Origin: a virus
Taxonomy: Duplodnaviria; Caudoviricetes
Virus record (IMG/VR): IMGVR_UViG_3300028805_000043
Strand: one strand, 5' to 3'
DNA length: 64,000 nucleotides
Of this stretch, positions 48,067 through 58,732 are shown one piece after another. The translations under genes were made by a program, and so were the position numbers. Positions within the stretch are counted from its first letter, which is position 1, and every line of letters begins with the position of its first letter. The notes below the pieces were generated by a model. That model was not told the origin of the DNA and did not search any database. It worked only from the letters and a program-made list of their open reading frames with translations.

Positions 48067-48504
48067 TTAACGATATTTGTTAACACAATCTTTTAATGCT
48101 GATTTAATATCTTCATCAACGTTAAAATTTTCAGATTGCATTCGTTCTTTTATATTTTCTATTAAATCTGGTGCAAATTCGTTTTCTATCCAATCTTGTA
48201 CAGTTCTACTAAAATCTTCAACTATCCAGTCTCGCATACTTTCTAATGCATTGGTTAATTTAGCATCAATATATTTTTCAATATTTCTATAAATTCTATC
48301 TTCAGTATTTAAATTAACATCACTAATATATGTCCCTATAGCACGAATAGCTGTTGAAGATTCTAATGTACCCCATTCATTATAATTACATTCATTTCGA
48401 ATGCGATTTAGAATTCCTTCGCCGTCATGTGCAAATATATTTAATTGTTCACGTTTTGGTAAATTTACAGTATTACCTACTTCTATTTGTGTTAAAGTTT
48501 TCAT
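48067..48504 (-). CDS. Hypothetical helical protein
   Basis: 145-aa ORF. Confidence 0.7.
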   Translation of the reverse strand: MKTLTQIEVGNTVNLPKREQLNIFAHDGEGILNRIRNECNYNEWGTLESSTAIRAIGTYISDVNLNTEDRIYRNIEKYIDAKLTNALESMRDWIVEDFSRTVQDWIENEFAPDLIENIKERMQSENFNVDEDIKSALKDCVNKYR

Positions 48505-48597
48505 ATTATAAAGTTATTAAATACCAAATTAAACCAAGTATAGCCCAGATACAAAGTACCTGAGCTATGGCTTTTATATGTGTTTTATTTTCATTTA

Positions 48598-49059
48598 TCA
48601 TATTTTAGAAAATTCTTTAATAAGTTCATTTTCTAATTCATAATATTTTTTTCCAAATTCAGTACGTTCAACTTTTGGAATAAAATACTCTGATTTATTA
48701 AATTTAATATCATTTGTAGGATGTTTCCAAAGACCATTAGTCATTTCAATATATTCATCAATCTTTTTTCTAAAATCTCTATCAGATTCATATTTGACAA
48801 TATATCTATCTAAAATTGTAAAATAATGTTCGTCAGGAATACGATTATGAAAACGTAACTTTAAAAATACATTTTTATACTCCTCATCCTTATAATTTTC
48901 TGGAGATGGACCTTTCCAATTTGATGGTTTCCATTTTTTAAGACCAGTTTCAACAATAGGCTTAATATATGGAGCTTTTGTTAAAATATCAAGCCAAGGT
49001 GTATCTTTTGTAACATTTGTTGTTATCTGCACTGGATAACCATTTGAATAATCAATCAT
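48598..49059 (-). CDS. Hypothetical protein
   Basis: 153-aa ORF with ATGA overlap. Confidence 0.7.
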   Translation of the reverse strand: MIDYSNGYPVQITTNVTKDTPWLDILTKAPYIKPIVETGLKKWKPSNWKGPSPENYKDEEYKNVFLKLRFHNRIPDEHYFTILDRYIVKYESDRDFRKKIDEYIEMTNGLWKHPTNDIKFNKSEYFIPKVERTEFGKKYYELENELIKEFSKI

Positions 49060-49499
49060 AACAATTCCGAATTATTAGGTTTTATATTACTTATATTATA
49101 TTTATTTGTTAATTTTCTCATAGGTATATCATGTGTTAACGATGATTTAATTTTTAAATTACTAATCTTCATATATCGATATCTATCATCCCAATATGCA
49201 ACTTTAAGCATTTCATAAACTATATCTTCGTTAAATTTTGCATCACATATAAATGTGTCATGTCTAATAGCATCTAAATCTTCATAATTACTATTTCCAT
49301 AATCGAATTCCCAAATATTTGCATAAGGCCATTCAATAATCATTTCAGTAATTGGATTAGTTTCATGACCTTCATAAGGATCGTCGATAGTAATCATTAA
49401 ATCACCATCTTCATCTTTAAAAATATCTATAATAGGACCTCTATCATACATTTGGCAATCAGTCCTAGCAATCATTCCAATTAAATCTTCCTTTTTCAT
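49056..49499 (-). CDS. Hypothetical protein
   Basis: 147-aa ORF. Confidence 0.7.
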   Translation of the reverse strand: MKKEDLIGMIARTDCQMYDRGPIIDIFKDEDGDLMITIDDPYEGHETNPITEMIIEWPYANIWEFDYGNSNYEDLDAIRHDTFICDAKFNEDIVYEMLKVAYWDDRYRYMKISNLKIKSSLTHDIPMRKLTNKYNISNIKPNNSELL

Positions 49500-49502
49500 T
49501 CT

Positions 49503-49775
49503 TTATTGTTTTTCATCTTCCTCTAAATCATACTTATCAAGGTCATACTTAGGAATTTCTATTTGTAATTGTAAAGTTCTTAAGATAGGCCAAAATTTAT
49601 CATTATGCGTATAATCCCAATTAGATGGTTTATTTACATATGTCTTACCAACATAAGCACGATTAACTACATTTGCATATCCAATACAAGGAGAAGTACA
49701 ATAACAAGTTACTAAGCAATTATCATATTCATCCCCATATTCATTTAAAATATCTTTAAGTTCTTTTACTGTCAT
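49503..49775 (-). CDS. Hypothetical protein
   Basis: 90-aa ORF starting MTVKELKDIL. Confidence 0.65.
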   Translation of the reverse strand: MTVKELKDILNEYGDEYDNCLVTCYCTSPCIGYANVVNRAYVGKTYVNKPSNWDYTHNDKFWPILRTLQLQIEIPKYDLDKYDLEEDEKQ

Positions 49776-49966
49776 ATTGTTTTCTTTTTATTTATATACA
49801 TATCATAATAAAATGCTGATTCTTTGAGACCTAAATCAGTATTTTCTTTTATATATTTTATTGCTTGGGGTTTTAATTTTATAGTTTTTACATATTCAAA
49901 TTGCTCACTTGTTAAAAGAGATTTTGGTAACCAATCTTCTTCCATAATTTTATCAATATTTTTCAT
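49772..49966 (-). CDS. Small protein with L7/L12 C-terminal-like motif
   Basis: KPQAIKYIKENTDLGLKES resembles K..AIK..R...GLGLKEA. Confidence 0.5.
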   Translation of the reverse strand: MKNIDKIMEEDWLPKSLLTSEQFEYVKTIKLKPQAIKYIKENTDLGLKESAFYYDMYINKKKTI

Positions 49967-50130
49967 TAAAATTTTATGTCATGGTTACAATTTGGACAAA
50001 CAACACACATACCCATTGCATCAATAATAATTTCTGTATCAAAAAATTCAACTATTGCTCCACAATGCGAACAAATCTTTCGGTGTTTATAACTATTTTG
50101 TTTTTTAACGAATCCAATTACTTCTGGCAT
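49966..50130 (-). CDS. Small zinc-ribbon protein (54 aa)
   Basis: Manual ORF MPEVIGFV...CSHCG...CPNCNH. Confidence 0.6.
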   Translation of the reverse strand: MPEVIGFVKKQNSYKHRKICSHCGAIVEFFDTEIIIDAMGMCVVCPNCNHDIKF

Positions 50131-50139
50131 AATGAAAAT

Positions 50140-50304
50140 CTATTCTAATGTTAATTTACCATCTTTAATCATATCCAACATTGTAAAGATTTCATTACGA
50201 CTCATTCCATAATCATCAACATAACCTTCTCGGCTATATCCCCATGATTCAAAATGTTGTCCAATTACTTTACAATTTTTCCAAATATAATCTCTTGCAG
50301 TCAT
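50140..50304 (-). CDS. Small hypothetical protein (54 aa)
   Basis: Manual ORF MTARDYIWKNC...LTLE ending in TAG. Confidence 0.5.
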   Translation of the reverse strand: MTARDYIWKNCKVIGQHFESWGYSREGYVDDYGMSRNEIFTMLDMIKDGKLTLE

Positions 50305-50311
50305 ATTATTT

Positions 50312-50515
50312 TTAACTTTCTGGATTACACATCGTTATAAATAATTTTGATGAACGATATTTTTCAGGATTTGTATCTACGCCATCACCATCATCACCAT
50401 CCCATCCTAAATGCTTTCTTGATAAAGCCTCATAATCACCTTTCTTATCTTGTACATATACTTCACAATAAGGGTCAAAATGAGTTAACTCACAAATTAA
50501 ATCAAATACTTTCAT
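50312..50515 (-). CDS. Hypothetical protein
   Basis: 67-aa ORF. Confidence 0.6.
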   Translation of the reverse strand: MKVFDLICELTHFDPYCEVYVQDKKGDYEALSRKHLGWDGDDGDGVDTNPEKYRSSKLFITMCNPES

Positions 50516-50901
50516 TAAATATACTCTATATTATTATCTATCCAATTAAATACTTCATCTTCAGTAAAATCTTGACTTAAAAATTGTTCAATTTCAGCCA
50601 ATGATTTGGTATCAGGTAAAGAACCAATTACATCTCCAGAACGAGTTTCATATACATAAACTGTATAATCGTCATCAGTTGTTTCAACATAAAATTCCCA
50701 ATGATAAATTTTAAATCTATTATTATCAATGTGTTGTATTTTATTTGAAGATTTAATTAAGTTAGATAAATCACAAACAATGTCAATACAAGTATCCCCG
50801 ATATCTGAATAGTCATTTGCTCCATTATCGAGCATTTTATCATATTCATCAGCTAATGAAACAATTCGTTTAACCAAATTATCATCAATATTTAATGTCA
50901 T
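50515..50901 (-). CDS. Hypothetical acidic protein
   Basis: 128-aa ORF. Confidence 0.65.
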   Translation of the reverse strand: MTLNIDDNLVKRIVSLADEYDKMLDNGANDYSDIGDTCIDIVCDLSNLIKSSNKIQHIDNNRFKIYHWEFYVETTDDDYTVYVYETRSGDVIGSLPDTKSLAEIEQFLSQDFTEDEVFNWIDNNIEYI

Positions 50902-50903
50902 AA

Positions 50904-51524
50904 TTAGGCAATTTTAGATTTTACACATTCAGCAACAAGTTGTCCATTAACACGTTCAAAAGCTTTCTTAACTTCACCAATTGTCTTACCCATCAACTTT
51001 TGATCAACACCATTAGGATAATGTTCATTAATATAATTCAAAATATCTTCCTTTGTTGCTTCCTTTGGTAAGAATTGTTCAAGTACTTGTAATTCAAAAG
51101 CTTCTTTACGAAGTGCATCCTCATAACCAGGCTTGTTATAATTATTAAGATTTTCTTTATGAGCTTTTACCATTTTTTCAATCACAGTTCTCTGGAACTT
51201 CTCAGGAAGATTATCAATCTGATAGTCCATAGATTCATTAACTACTGTAACTTTAATAGTCTTACCATCCTTCTCTGCATCTTCTTGATGGGTAGTAATA
51301 AGTTTTTCTGCTAACATTACCGGAAAAACTTCCTTATTCTTTGTGATTTCTTCCATAAAAGCTCCCTTAAGAATCTTATAAAGCTCAAGAGTAGTATTTA
51401 ACTCAAAATAAGTTTGCTCATCTGTAACTGATAATGTAAGACCTTCTCTTTGTGCCTCCATTACCTTCTTCTTGATAGGCATATAATCCTTTGTTACTGC
51501 CTTAATTAATTCATTAATTTTCAT
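50904..51524 (-). CDS. GatB/YqeY-domain protein
   Basis: E.FELQVLEQFLPKEATKEDI...MGKTIGEVK...GQLVAECVK. Confidence 0.7.
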   Translation of the reverse strand: MKINELIKAVTKDYMPIKKKVMEAQREGLTLSVTDEQTYFELNTTLELYKILKGAFMEEITKNKEVFPVMLAEKLITTHQEDAEKDGKTIKVTVVNESMDYQIDNLPEKFQRTVIEKMVKAHKENLNNYNKPGYEDALRKEAFELQVLEQFLPKEATKEDILNYINEHYPNGVDQKLMGKTIGEVKKAFERVNGQLVAECVKSKIA

Positions 51525-51565
51525 AAACTTGAAATTATTACTATTTTATATGGTTTTCTAATTAA

Positions 51566-52309
51566 TCATTTAATATAAGTTTTAATAAAATCTTTTGTTG
51601 AATTCATAAAGTTACACTTATCAGATATGCACCATTGCAAATAATTTTGATCATGTTGTGCAACATATTCCAATGAAACATTACGATATTTGCCAAGATT
51701 AAAACATGGTGTTAATTTTCCATCAAAATCTATTTCAGAAATTACATTATCTTCTCCATACATTTTTTCTGGTCCATATTCTTGTATCTTTTGTTGTGCA
51801 AAAAATACGGCGTATGTGGCTTTAATATCTGATAATGCGTTATGAGCTTCAAGACCAGATTCAACCATGGTCTTTCCTTTATACCGTTTATATGTATTTT
51901 CAAGATTGATTCCATTACGACGTTTCTCTTCTAAGAATGCATCATAACACTTACGTTTAGTAAAATCAATATCATATCCATATTTATTCAATTCAGCTTT
52001 CAGAAATGGAATATCAAAACCATTTCCATTATATGTTAATACTGCATCATCACCAAAGAATCCAATAATATCATTAGCAACTTCAGATAAATGTGGTTTA
52101 TCTTTTAAAAATTCTGGTGTAATATGATGTTTTGCATAAGCCGCAATAGATATTGAATAACTTCCTACTGGTTGAATATACAAATCCAATGTTTTTAGAA
52201 TTTCATTTGTTTCAGTATTTATCTTAATTGCTGAAAATTGTATAATTTGATCTTTTGTTCTGTCTAATCCTGTTGTTTCTAAATCAAATACTGTTAAAAT
52301 CATAGTCAA
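51566..52309 (-). CDS. DEDDh 3'-5' exonuclease (Pol III epsilon-like)
   Basis: VFDLETTG, YNGNGFDIPFL, AHNALSDI; C-terminal FNLGKYRN..DQNYLQW. Confidence 0.9.
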   Translation of the reverse strand: MTMILTVFDLETTGLDRTKDQIIQFSAIKINTETNEILKTLDLYIQPVGSYSISIAAYAKHHITPEFLKDKPHLSEVANDIIGFFGDDAVLTYNGNGFDIPFLKAELNKYGYDIDFTKRKCYDAFLEEKRRNGINLENTYKRYKGKTMVESGLEAHNALSDIKATYAVFFAQQKIQEYGPEKMYGEDNVISEIDFDGKLTPCFNLGKYRNVSLEYVAQHDQNYLQWCISDKCNFMNSTKDFIKTYIK

Positions 52310-52415
52310 TTTCTTATTAATAAAATTTAATATTAAATAGTTTTATAAGTAAGTATTTTCAATTTATAGATATTTAAATAATTGTTAAAAATACTATAAA
52401 TTTATATATCCAATA

Positions 52416-52430
52416 TTATTTTTATATATA
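52416..52430 (+). promoter_or_regulatory. Putative late promoter TTATTTTTATATATA
   Basis: Exact 15-mer also at 428-442(-), 33561-33575(-) and 63126-63140(+), each just upstream of a virion-type gene. Confidence 0.55.
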
Positions 52431-52452
52431 AATTATAAAGTATGTTATTGTA

Positions 52453-53712
52453 ATGAAACGTAAAACAAATTTATTTTATACTTCAGGACCTGATAGTAAA
52501 TTTTTAACATTTAGCAATTATACTGAAGCATTAACAGGAAATTTTTTAAGTATTAATACAAAATTATTTCCTGATAAATTTTTATGTTTAAAAATTAATA
52601 ATTTAAATGCAAATACAAAAGCTAATTTTATTAAATATTTATCAGCATATTATGAAAATAAATTAGCAACATTAAGAGATGATTTAGTAAACAAAGATAA
52701 AAATATTGAATCTATATATCCTTTATCATATTTATTGGAAGCAATTACTAAAGTAGTATCATATAATAATGGAGAATATACGTTAAATGAAAATTGTGAA
52801 GTAAATACTGAAGATAATAATGATTCAATTGAAGGACTAATCAGATATATTGGAGATGTTACTGAATATGATTATAATGGTTCTTATACTGATATTATAT
52901 GTAATATAAATACAAATCAATATTATGAAGGAATAATTAAGCCTTATAGTTCTGATAATGTTTTAACTTGTACTACAAGCGAAATAAATAAGCTTTATGG
53001 TTGGGAAAACGATAATATGACATTAAGTGAATATGCGGATGTTACACCTATATTTGACAGTGAACACACATATTCATATAACCCAAAATATTCTAGAATT
53101 GAATATAAGAAAATAAATGAAGAATCATCATCTAAAACATTGTCATTTAATGTAATTATTCCTTTATTTAGTTATATAAATGTTGATAAAGAATCAAACA
53201 TAAATATTTTAGATCCAAAAATTGATGAAAACGATGTTCAATATTTAGATATTGTTAATAACTATAATAGTATTTATGATGTTCCATTTGGAATATGGAT
53301 ATATGCTGATTTTGAAAATGACACATTTATTGATTTAATAAAAGATGTTGAATTAAATTTATATCCATCATGGTCATTATTAATAAGTACTCAATTCAAA
53401 CCATTTCCTTATTCAAATATTTTAAATAAAGATAATGATACAAGCAAAAGTTCATTAAATGAATTTAGTACATTTGCTGAAGTATTATCAAAAATGAATA
53501 ATGTTCTTAATAAGTTTGGAGATATATCTTATAATATTAATGCATTAAACGAACGTATAAACAGTTTAGAAACAAAAATAAATAACATTGCTACAGATAG
53601 TCGTATGGATTCATTTGATAATAGATTATTACAAATGGATTCAGAATTAAAAGCAGAAATTACTGCAATAAAACAAAGTTTGATTAATCTTAAATGGTCA
53701 AGTGTAGGTTAA
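52453..53712 (+). CDS. Putative virion structural protein
   Basis: 419 aa; first gene of a + strand structural operon; C-terminal coiled coil. Confidence 0.65.
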   Translation: MKRKTNLFYTSGPDSKFLTFSNYTEALTGNFLSINTKLFPDKFLCLKINNLNANTKANFIKYLSAYYENKLATLRDDLVNKDKNIESIYPLSYLLEAITKVVSYNNGEYTLNENCEVNTEDNNDSIEGLIRYIGDVTEYDYNGSYTDIICNINTNQYYEGIIKPYSSDNVLTCTTSEINKLYGWENDNMTLSEYADVTPIFDSEHTYSYNPKYSRIEYKKINEESSSKTLSFNVIIPLFSYINVDKESNINILDPKIDENDVQYLDIVNNYNSIYDVPFGIWIYADFENDTFIDLIKDVELNLYPSWSLLISTQFKPFPYSNILNKDNDTSKSSLNEFSTFAEVLSKMNNVLNKFGDISYNINALNERINSLETKINNIATDSRMDSFDNRLLQMDSELKAEITAIKQSLINLKWSSVG

Positions 53713-53733
53713 ATATATGTACGAATTTAATTA

Positions 53734-56700
53734 ATGGAGAACAATAATTCTATTAAAGAATATTATATAAAATTAGAAAAAATGATGTCAAATGCAGTTA
53801 ACATGATAACTGCATTAAATACTGCGTTATCATCTACTGCGTCTGATATATCAATTAATTTAATAAATACAAATAATGACGCTGTATCAACGGTTAAAAT
53901 TCCATCATTATTATATCTTGAAAATAAAGTAGAACAATTAGATAACATTATATCTAATTTATTCACTATTCCTAAATCTGGTGAAGCTTGGTTTGAAAAG
54001 ACTTCAAATATGTATAAGCTTTCATTAGTTAAATCTAATAATGCTCCTTTACAGCCTACAATTGATAATATTAACAATATAGGATTTAATGTTAAAGACA
54101 ATAACATATTTAAAGATTTAGTTAATCCTAAAACATATATTAGATTGAATTTAGCAAACTTACCAGATAATATTAATAAAGTCTTAATGAAAAAAATTGT
54201 ATTGTTTAATCAAAGCGATGCAACTTATTTAAAAGACTATACTTCATATGCAGATATTAAAAGTGCATTATTTAATAAAAGTGTTGGAGTTGATTATGAG
54301 GAATATGATACAATTATTGATTTGCCTTTAAAGATTGATAGATATAAATCATTTTTTAAAATTAATGAAGTTAATAAAATCTATAATGAAAACTCATCAA
54401 GTTATGATTATCAATTAAGATTAGATACTTTAACATATTATGATAAGGATGATCAATCAATTCAATATATAATTCGTAAAGGTGATTTCTTATGTCTATC
54501 TAATGAATATGCTGTATATAAAGTAAAAGATGTTAAAACAATTTATAACAGTTCAAATAATAATGATCAAAATGAATATGTTGTTACTTTAGAAGAATAT
54601 ATAGGACATATCAATTTACAGAAATATGACGATAATTCTGAAATGTTTTTACAGATATATAATGAATCTTATTCAGAATATCATTATATAGATGTACCAT
54701 TAGAAGAAAATCCAAATATAATTTTATTCATTTCAACAATTTATAATAATGTTCGCAGTACATATTCTGATGCTATTCATTTAGATTTGAATACAATCTA
54801 TATGAAAGATGAAAATAATAATTTCATATTAGATAATGATGGTAATAAGATTACATACATAGAATATTATAATACATATTGTAAGAACATAGGCGATATG
54901 ATGGTTGGATTTACAAAACTATCATATCCACAAGTATCTAATTTTACAAACAGCGAATTACGTAGATTAACAGATAGTGATGAACTTAAAGAAATTGTAA
55001 CAAGTTCATTATATTCTAATGATGAATTAGTATTAAATGTATCAAGAATTAATTCACATTTAATTGATGACGATACATCTAAAGACATTATTAATTTACA
55101 TTCACAGAAAAATGAAGTTAATTCACAGTTAAGAGCTATACAAGATAATGTAGACCAAATATATTCTCAATTAACTACGACTGATTTTAGCCAAGAATCT
55201 TCTGTTTCACAAGAATCATTAAGATCAAAATTAGCAGATTATTATAATGAAAGACTTGAATTAGAAAAACAATTATTAAGTATTGTTGATAATATCAATC
55301 AAGCAAAATCTGGTGTCATTGGTTTAGATTCTTCAAAATATAGAGTTAGAGGATTGACTGATGTTAATGATAAATATGATTCTTCAATAGAATCACCAAT
55401 TGTAAGTTTCTTACATACTACATTCGGATATAACTGTGATTTAATTGGTTTAGAAATTGAATATAAATATAAAACAGCAAATAAAAATTCAACATCAATA
55501 TTGAATAATAATGATGGCTTATTTACTGATTGGAATCGTCAATCAAATATCGAAAGAGAAAGATATTTAAAATTTGATCCAATTACAAATAAGTATGAAA
55601 TTGCATATGCAAATTATAATGCATTGTCTAACATTATTAAATGGAATCAAATTGATATCCCAATTAATCAGGGTGAAGATGTTGTCGTTAGAATAAGATA
55701 CAAATATAATATTGGACAACCATTTATCAATTTATATACACCTTGGTCAAATGAAATAACTATTTCATTTCCTACAGAATTTACAGAAACTACAGAAATA
55801 TCTTCAATCTTAGATACAAACGATGATGATGTAGTTAGAGCAAAATTCATTAAGACTTTAATTAATGATGGATATGAAGAACACGTAACAAATAAAATAA
55901 TTGATAATTCACAAACATTCTATCATATGCCAGAAAACATATATTCTGGTTTTAATACTGCTGAAAATAACTTGATATCGTTAAAAGATAAACTTATTGA
56001 TATGAATAACGAAATCACATCATATAAAGCAGCAATTGATAATGAATTAAATTCAAATTACATTGTATTACTAGAATGGGATAATACAACTATTGAATTA
56101 TCTAGTATGACAAATAATAATGTTGTTATTAATGAACTTATTAATGGTTCATTCGATACATTTATTAAAAAGAAAATGAACTTAATTATAAAAAATGTTG
56201 GATCATCACCAATTAAGTTATATAGTTTATTCTCAGGAAATATAGATACAACATTATTAGAATCAACTAATAAATATTTTGATGATATAATAGGCAATTA
56301 TGAACGTGTTCCATTATTAATTGAAGGTTCTTCAATACCTTCTGAAAGTATATCTCCTCAATATATGGGTCAATGGATTTACTTTAGACAAAATAATCCA
56401 TTTACAAATAAGCCTCTATATTATGATGATAATTCACAAAATAGCTCAGATACACAATATATATCTATGGGAGAAAATCCAATATTTACAGGATCTTTAT
56501 TAAAATATTTAGGAGTAAATAATGTGCAAGCATTATTACCTTATCGTAATAGAACCAGTATAGTAAATTCATCTACATATTGGGGATATTTAAGTGCAGA
56601 TGCAAATAATAATGTTGTTTATCAAACAGCATCATTAGAATCATCAAATTCAATGTATTCAAAGATTAATAATTTACATCTTTATAAAAATTGCGATAAT

Positions 56701-57144
56701 TCTAATAATCAGTATATTCTTAAATATGAACATTTCTTAAATTCAAATTCATCTGAATCTAATTCATATTTAAGCAATATGATTTCTATGAGTTCATTCA
56801 TATCTAAATTATCAAGAAATAATATAAATGATTATAATGGAGCTTTCTTAATTCCTGAATTAATTAATAGAAATCAATTATTATGTGATAGCAAAGAAAC
56901 AAATCAATATAAATTATTAGATGTTGGCAAAACTTTGTCAGTACCTTTACTTTTTGAATATTTCTTAGTTCCTGATGATAATTCATCAAATGTATCAATA
57001 TCAAAAACAATAGCATTTGATTTAAGATCTTCATTAATGAGAGAGCCTGAACATTATTTATTAACAGTAACTGCTAAATATGATTATAGTCAAACAGTTG
57101 CTTCTTCACAATCATATTCAAATTTGGTTGATGGCATTAGTTAA
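53734..57144 (+). CDS. Large putative virion (baseplate/tail) protein
   Basis: 1136 aa with internal coiled coil; structural context. Confidence 0.65.
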   Translation: MENNNSIKEYYIKLEKMMSNAVNMITALNTALSSTASDISINLINTNNDAVSTVKIPSLLYLENKVEQLDNIISNLFTIPKSGEAWFEKTSNMYKLSLVKSNNAPLQPTIDNINNIGFNVKDNNIFKDLVNPKTYIRLNLANLPDNINKVLMKKIVLFNQSDATYLKDYTSYADIKSALFNKSVGVDYEEYDTIIDLPLKIDRYKSFFKINEVNKIYNENSSSYDYQLRLDTLTYYDKDDQSIQYIIRKGDFLCLSNEYAVYKVKDVKTIYNSSNNNDQNEYVVTLEEYIGHINLQKYDDNSEMFLQIYNESYSEYHYIDVPLEENPNIILFISTIYNNVRSTYSDAIHLDLNTIYMKDENNNFILDNDGNKITYIEYYNTYCKNIGDMMVGFTKLSYPQVSNFTNSELRRLTDSDELKEIVTSSLYSNDELVLNVSRINSHLIDDDTSKDIINLHSQKNEVNSQLRAIQDNVDQIYSQLTTTDFSQESSVSQESLRSKLADYYNERLELEKQLLSIVDNINQAKSGVIGLDSSKYRVRGLTDVNDKYDSSIESPIVSFLHTTFGYNCDLIGLEIEYKYKTANKNSTSILNNNDGLFTDWNRQSNIERERYLKFDPITNKYEIAYANYNALSNIIKWNQIDIPINQGEDVVVRIRYKYNIGQPFINLYTPWSNEITISFPTEFTETTEISSILDTNDDDVVRAKFIKTLINDGYEEHVTNKIIDNSQTFYHMPENIYSGFNTAENNLISLKDKLIDMNNEITSYKAAIDNELNSNYIVLLEWDNTTIELSSMTNNNVVINELINGSFDTFIKKKMNLIIKNVGSSPIKLYSLFSGNIDTTLLESTNKYFDDIIGNYERVPLLIEGSSIPSESISPQYMGQWIYFRQNNPFTNKPLYYDDNSQNSSDTQYISMGENPIFTGSLLKYLGVNNVQALLPYRNRTSIVNSSTYWGYLSADANNNVVYQTASLESSNSMYSKINNLHLYKNCDNSNNQYILKYEHFLNSNSSESNSYLSNMISMSSFISKLSRNNINDYNGAFLIPELINRNQLLCDSKETNQYKLLDVGKTLSVPLLFEYFLVPDDNSSNVSISKTIAFDLRSSLMREPEHYLLTVTAKYDYSQTVASSQSYSNLVDGIS

Positions 57145-57163
57145 AATTAATAAAAATTAAACT

Positions 57164-58684
57164 ATGAACGAAATAAATACAGATATTACTAGATTTAATA
57201 ACAAATATTTAAAATGTATAGTAACTAAATATTTATCTACAATAGACTATTTAGGTAATAGCGGATCATTAATTGTATATCAACCAGGTTCAAATAGTCA
57301 AATAAATAAAAATTATGTATATCTTGGTAATGAATTTTTGGCATCAGGATATGGTTTCTCAAATGAAACTACGCAAATTAAAGCAGAAAAAATTGTAAAT
57401 AAATATGATAATGACATCAATTCATTAAAACAAAAAGATCAAACATTAAACGAAAAAATAGAATATGATGTCAATAATCTTGCAAAAAATGTTGAAACAT
57501 ATTATGTGAAGAAAAAAGGTGGTCCTATTGGTGAAACTACAATAAATATAAATGGTTATGATATTTTAACAAAAAATATTATATTATATGGAGAAGAAGC
57601 GCAATATAAAAATTTAGAAATACTTGATGTCAAAATTCGTATTAATAATAATGAAGCAATTGATAACGACATATTTTTACCAGTAGGATATCTCATTAAA
57701 GAAATCACTGTAATAATTAAATTTAGAAAAAATGATTCTGGTGGATTAGATAAATTGTATATTGAACATAAGAATATTAATGATAACGAAACTATAATTG
57801 TTAAGTATGATGACGTAAGAAATGTATTAGATAGTTCTGATGAATATGGAACAATAACATATGTTAGATCATTAGAAGAAAATGAACAAATATATGTAAA
57901 TAAATATTTAGAAGATATTATATCAAAATGCTATATATATGTTAAAGGAACTCCACAGTTGTCATATAAAAACTACCCTGGTTTAGAAAAGAATTTTGGT
58001 ATTAAAATCCCTTCTTCAGGTAATGCAATTAAAGATAATGTTATTGAGTTAATTAATCATATTAATGTACGACCACAATTTTATTTACATTATGGTTTTA
58101 ATTATGATGAAGAAATTTATAAGCATAATATTTCTTTAAATAGTTTTAATGATTATGATAAAACTACTGTTATATTAGAAAATATTGACACTAAGCACGA
58201 AGATGATACATATTTCACAGAAATATATATAGCTATACCTTCAGTATTTTCTGTTCAAAAAATTTATGTAATACAAAATAATTCTGAAAAATTCAATTGG
58301 ACTGGCACAGTTAAAGTACAAAAAAATATTAATATGATATCATATAAAAATATTGTTAATACTGAAAATAACTGCATTTATTATAATGTTTATAAATTAA
58401 CTTCAGCTGCTGGTGGATTTGACCAATATAATGGAAATGATATAAAAATTGAATTAGATATCATGTATAATTTAAAAAAGGATCCACAAATTATTGATGG
58501 GGAATATAATATTTCTTTTTCAACTTATGAAGAATTAACAGAATTTACATCAAATGAATTATTAAATGATGAAGACTTTAATAACTTATATTGGGTTAAT
58601 GGAAATATAAATATAAATAATAGTTTTGATCATTTAACTAATAAGTTAAACAATTGTGGTAAAAATGGAAATAAGCAAATATAA
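57164..58684 (+). CDS. Putative structural protein
   Basis: 506 aa, beta-rich; structural context. Confidence 0.6.
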   Translation: MNEINTDITRFNNKYLKCIVTKYLSTIDYLGNSGSLIVYQPGSNSQINKNYVYLGNEFLASGYGFSNETTQIKAEKIVNKYDNDINSLKQKDQTLNEKIEYDVNNLAKNVETYYVKKKGGPIGETTININGYDILTKNIILYGEEAQYKNLEILDVKIRINNNEAIDNDIFLPVGYLIKEITVIIKFRKNDSGGLDKLYIEHKNINDNETIIVKYDDVRNVLDSSDEYGTITYVRSLEENEQIYVNKYLEDIISKCYIYVKGTPQLSYKNYPGLEKNFGIKIPSSGNAIKDNVIELINHINVRPQFYLHYGFNYDEEIYKHNISLNSFNDYDKTTVILENIDTKHEDDTYFTEIYIAIPSVFSVQKIYVIQNNSEKFNWTGTVKVQKNINMISYKNIVNTENNCIYYNVYKLTSAAGGFDQYNGNDIKIELDIMYNLKKDPQIIDGEYNISFSTYEELTEFTSNELLNDEDFNNLYWVNGNININNSFDHLTNKLNNCGKNGNKQI

Positions 58685-58732
58685 TCATATTTTTTTTATT
58701 ATTAAATATATAAATACGAATATAATAATACG

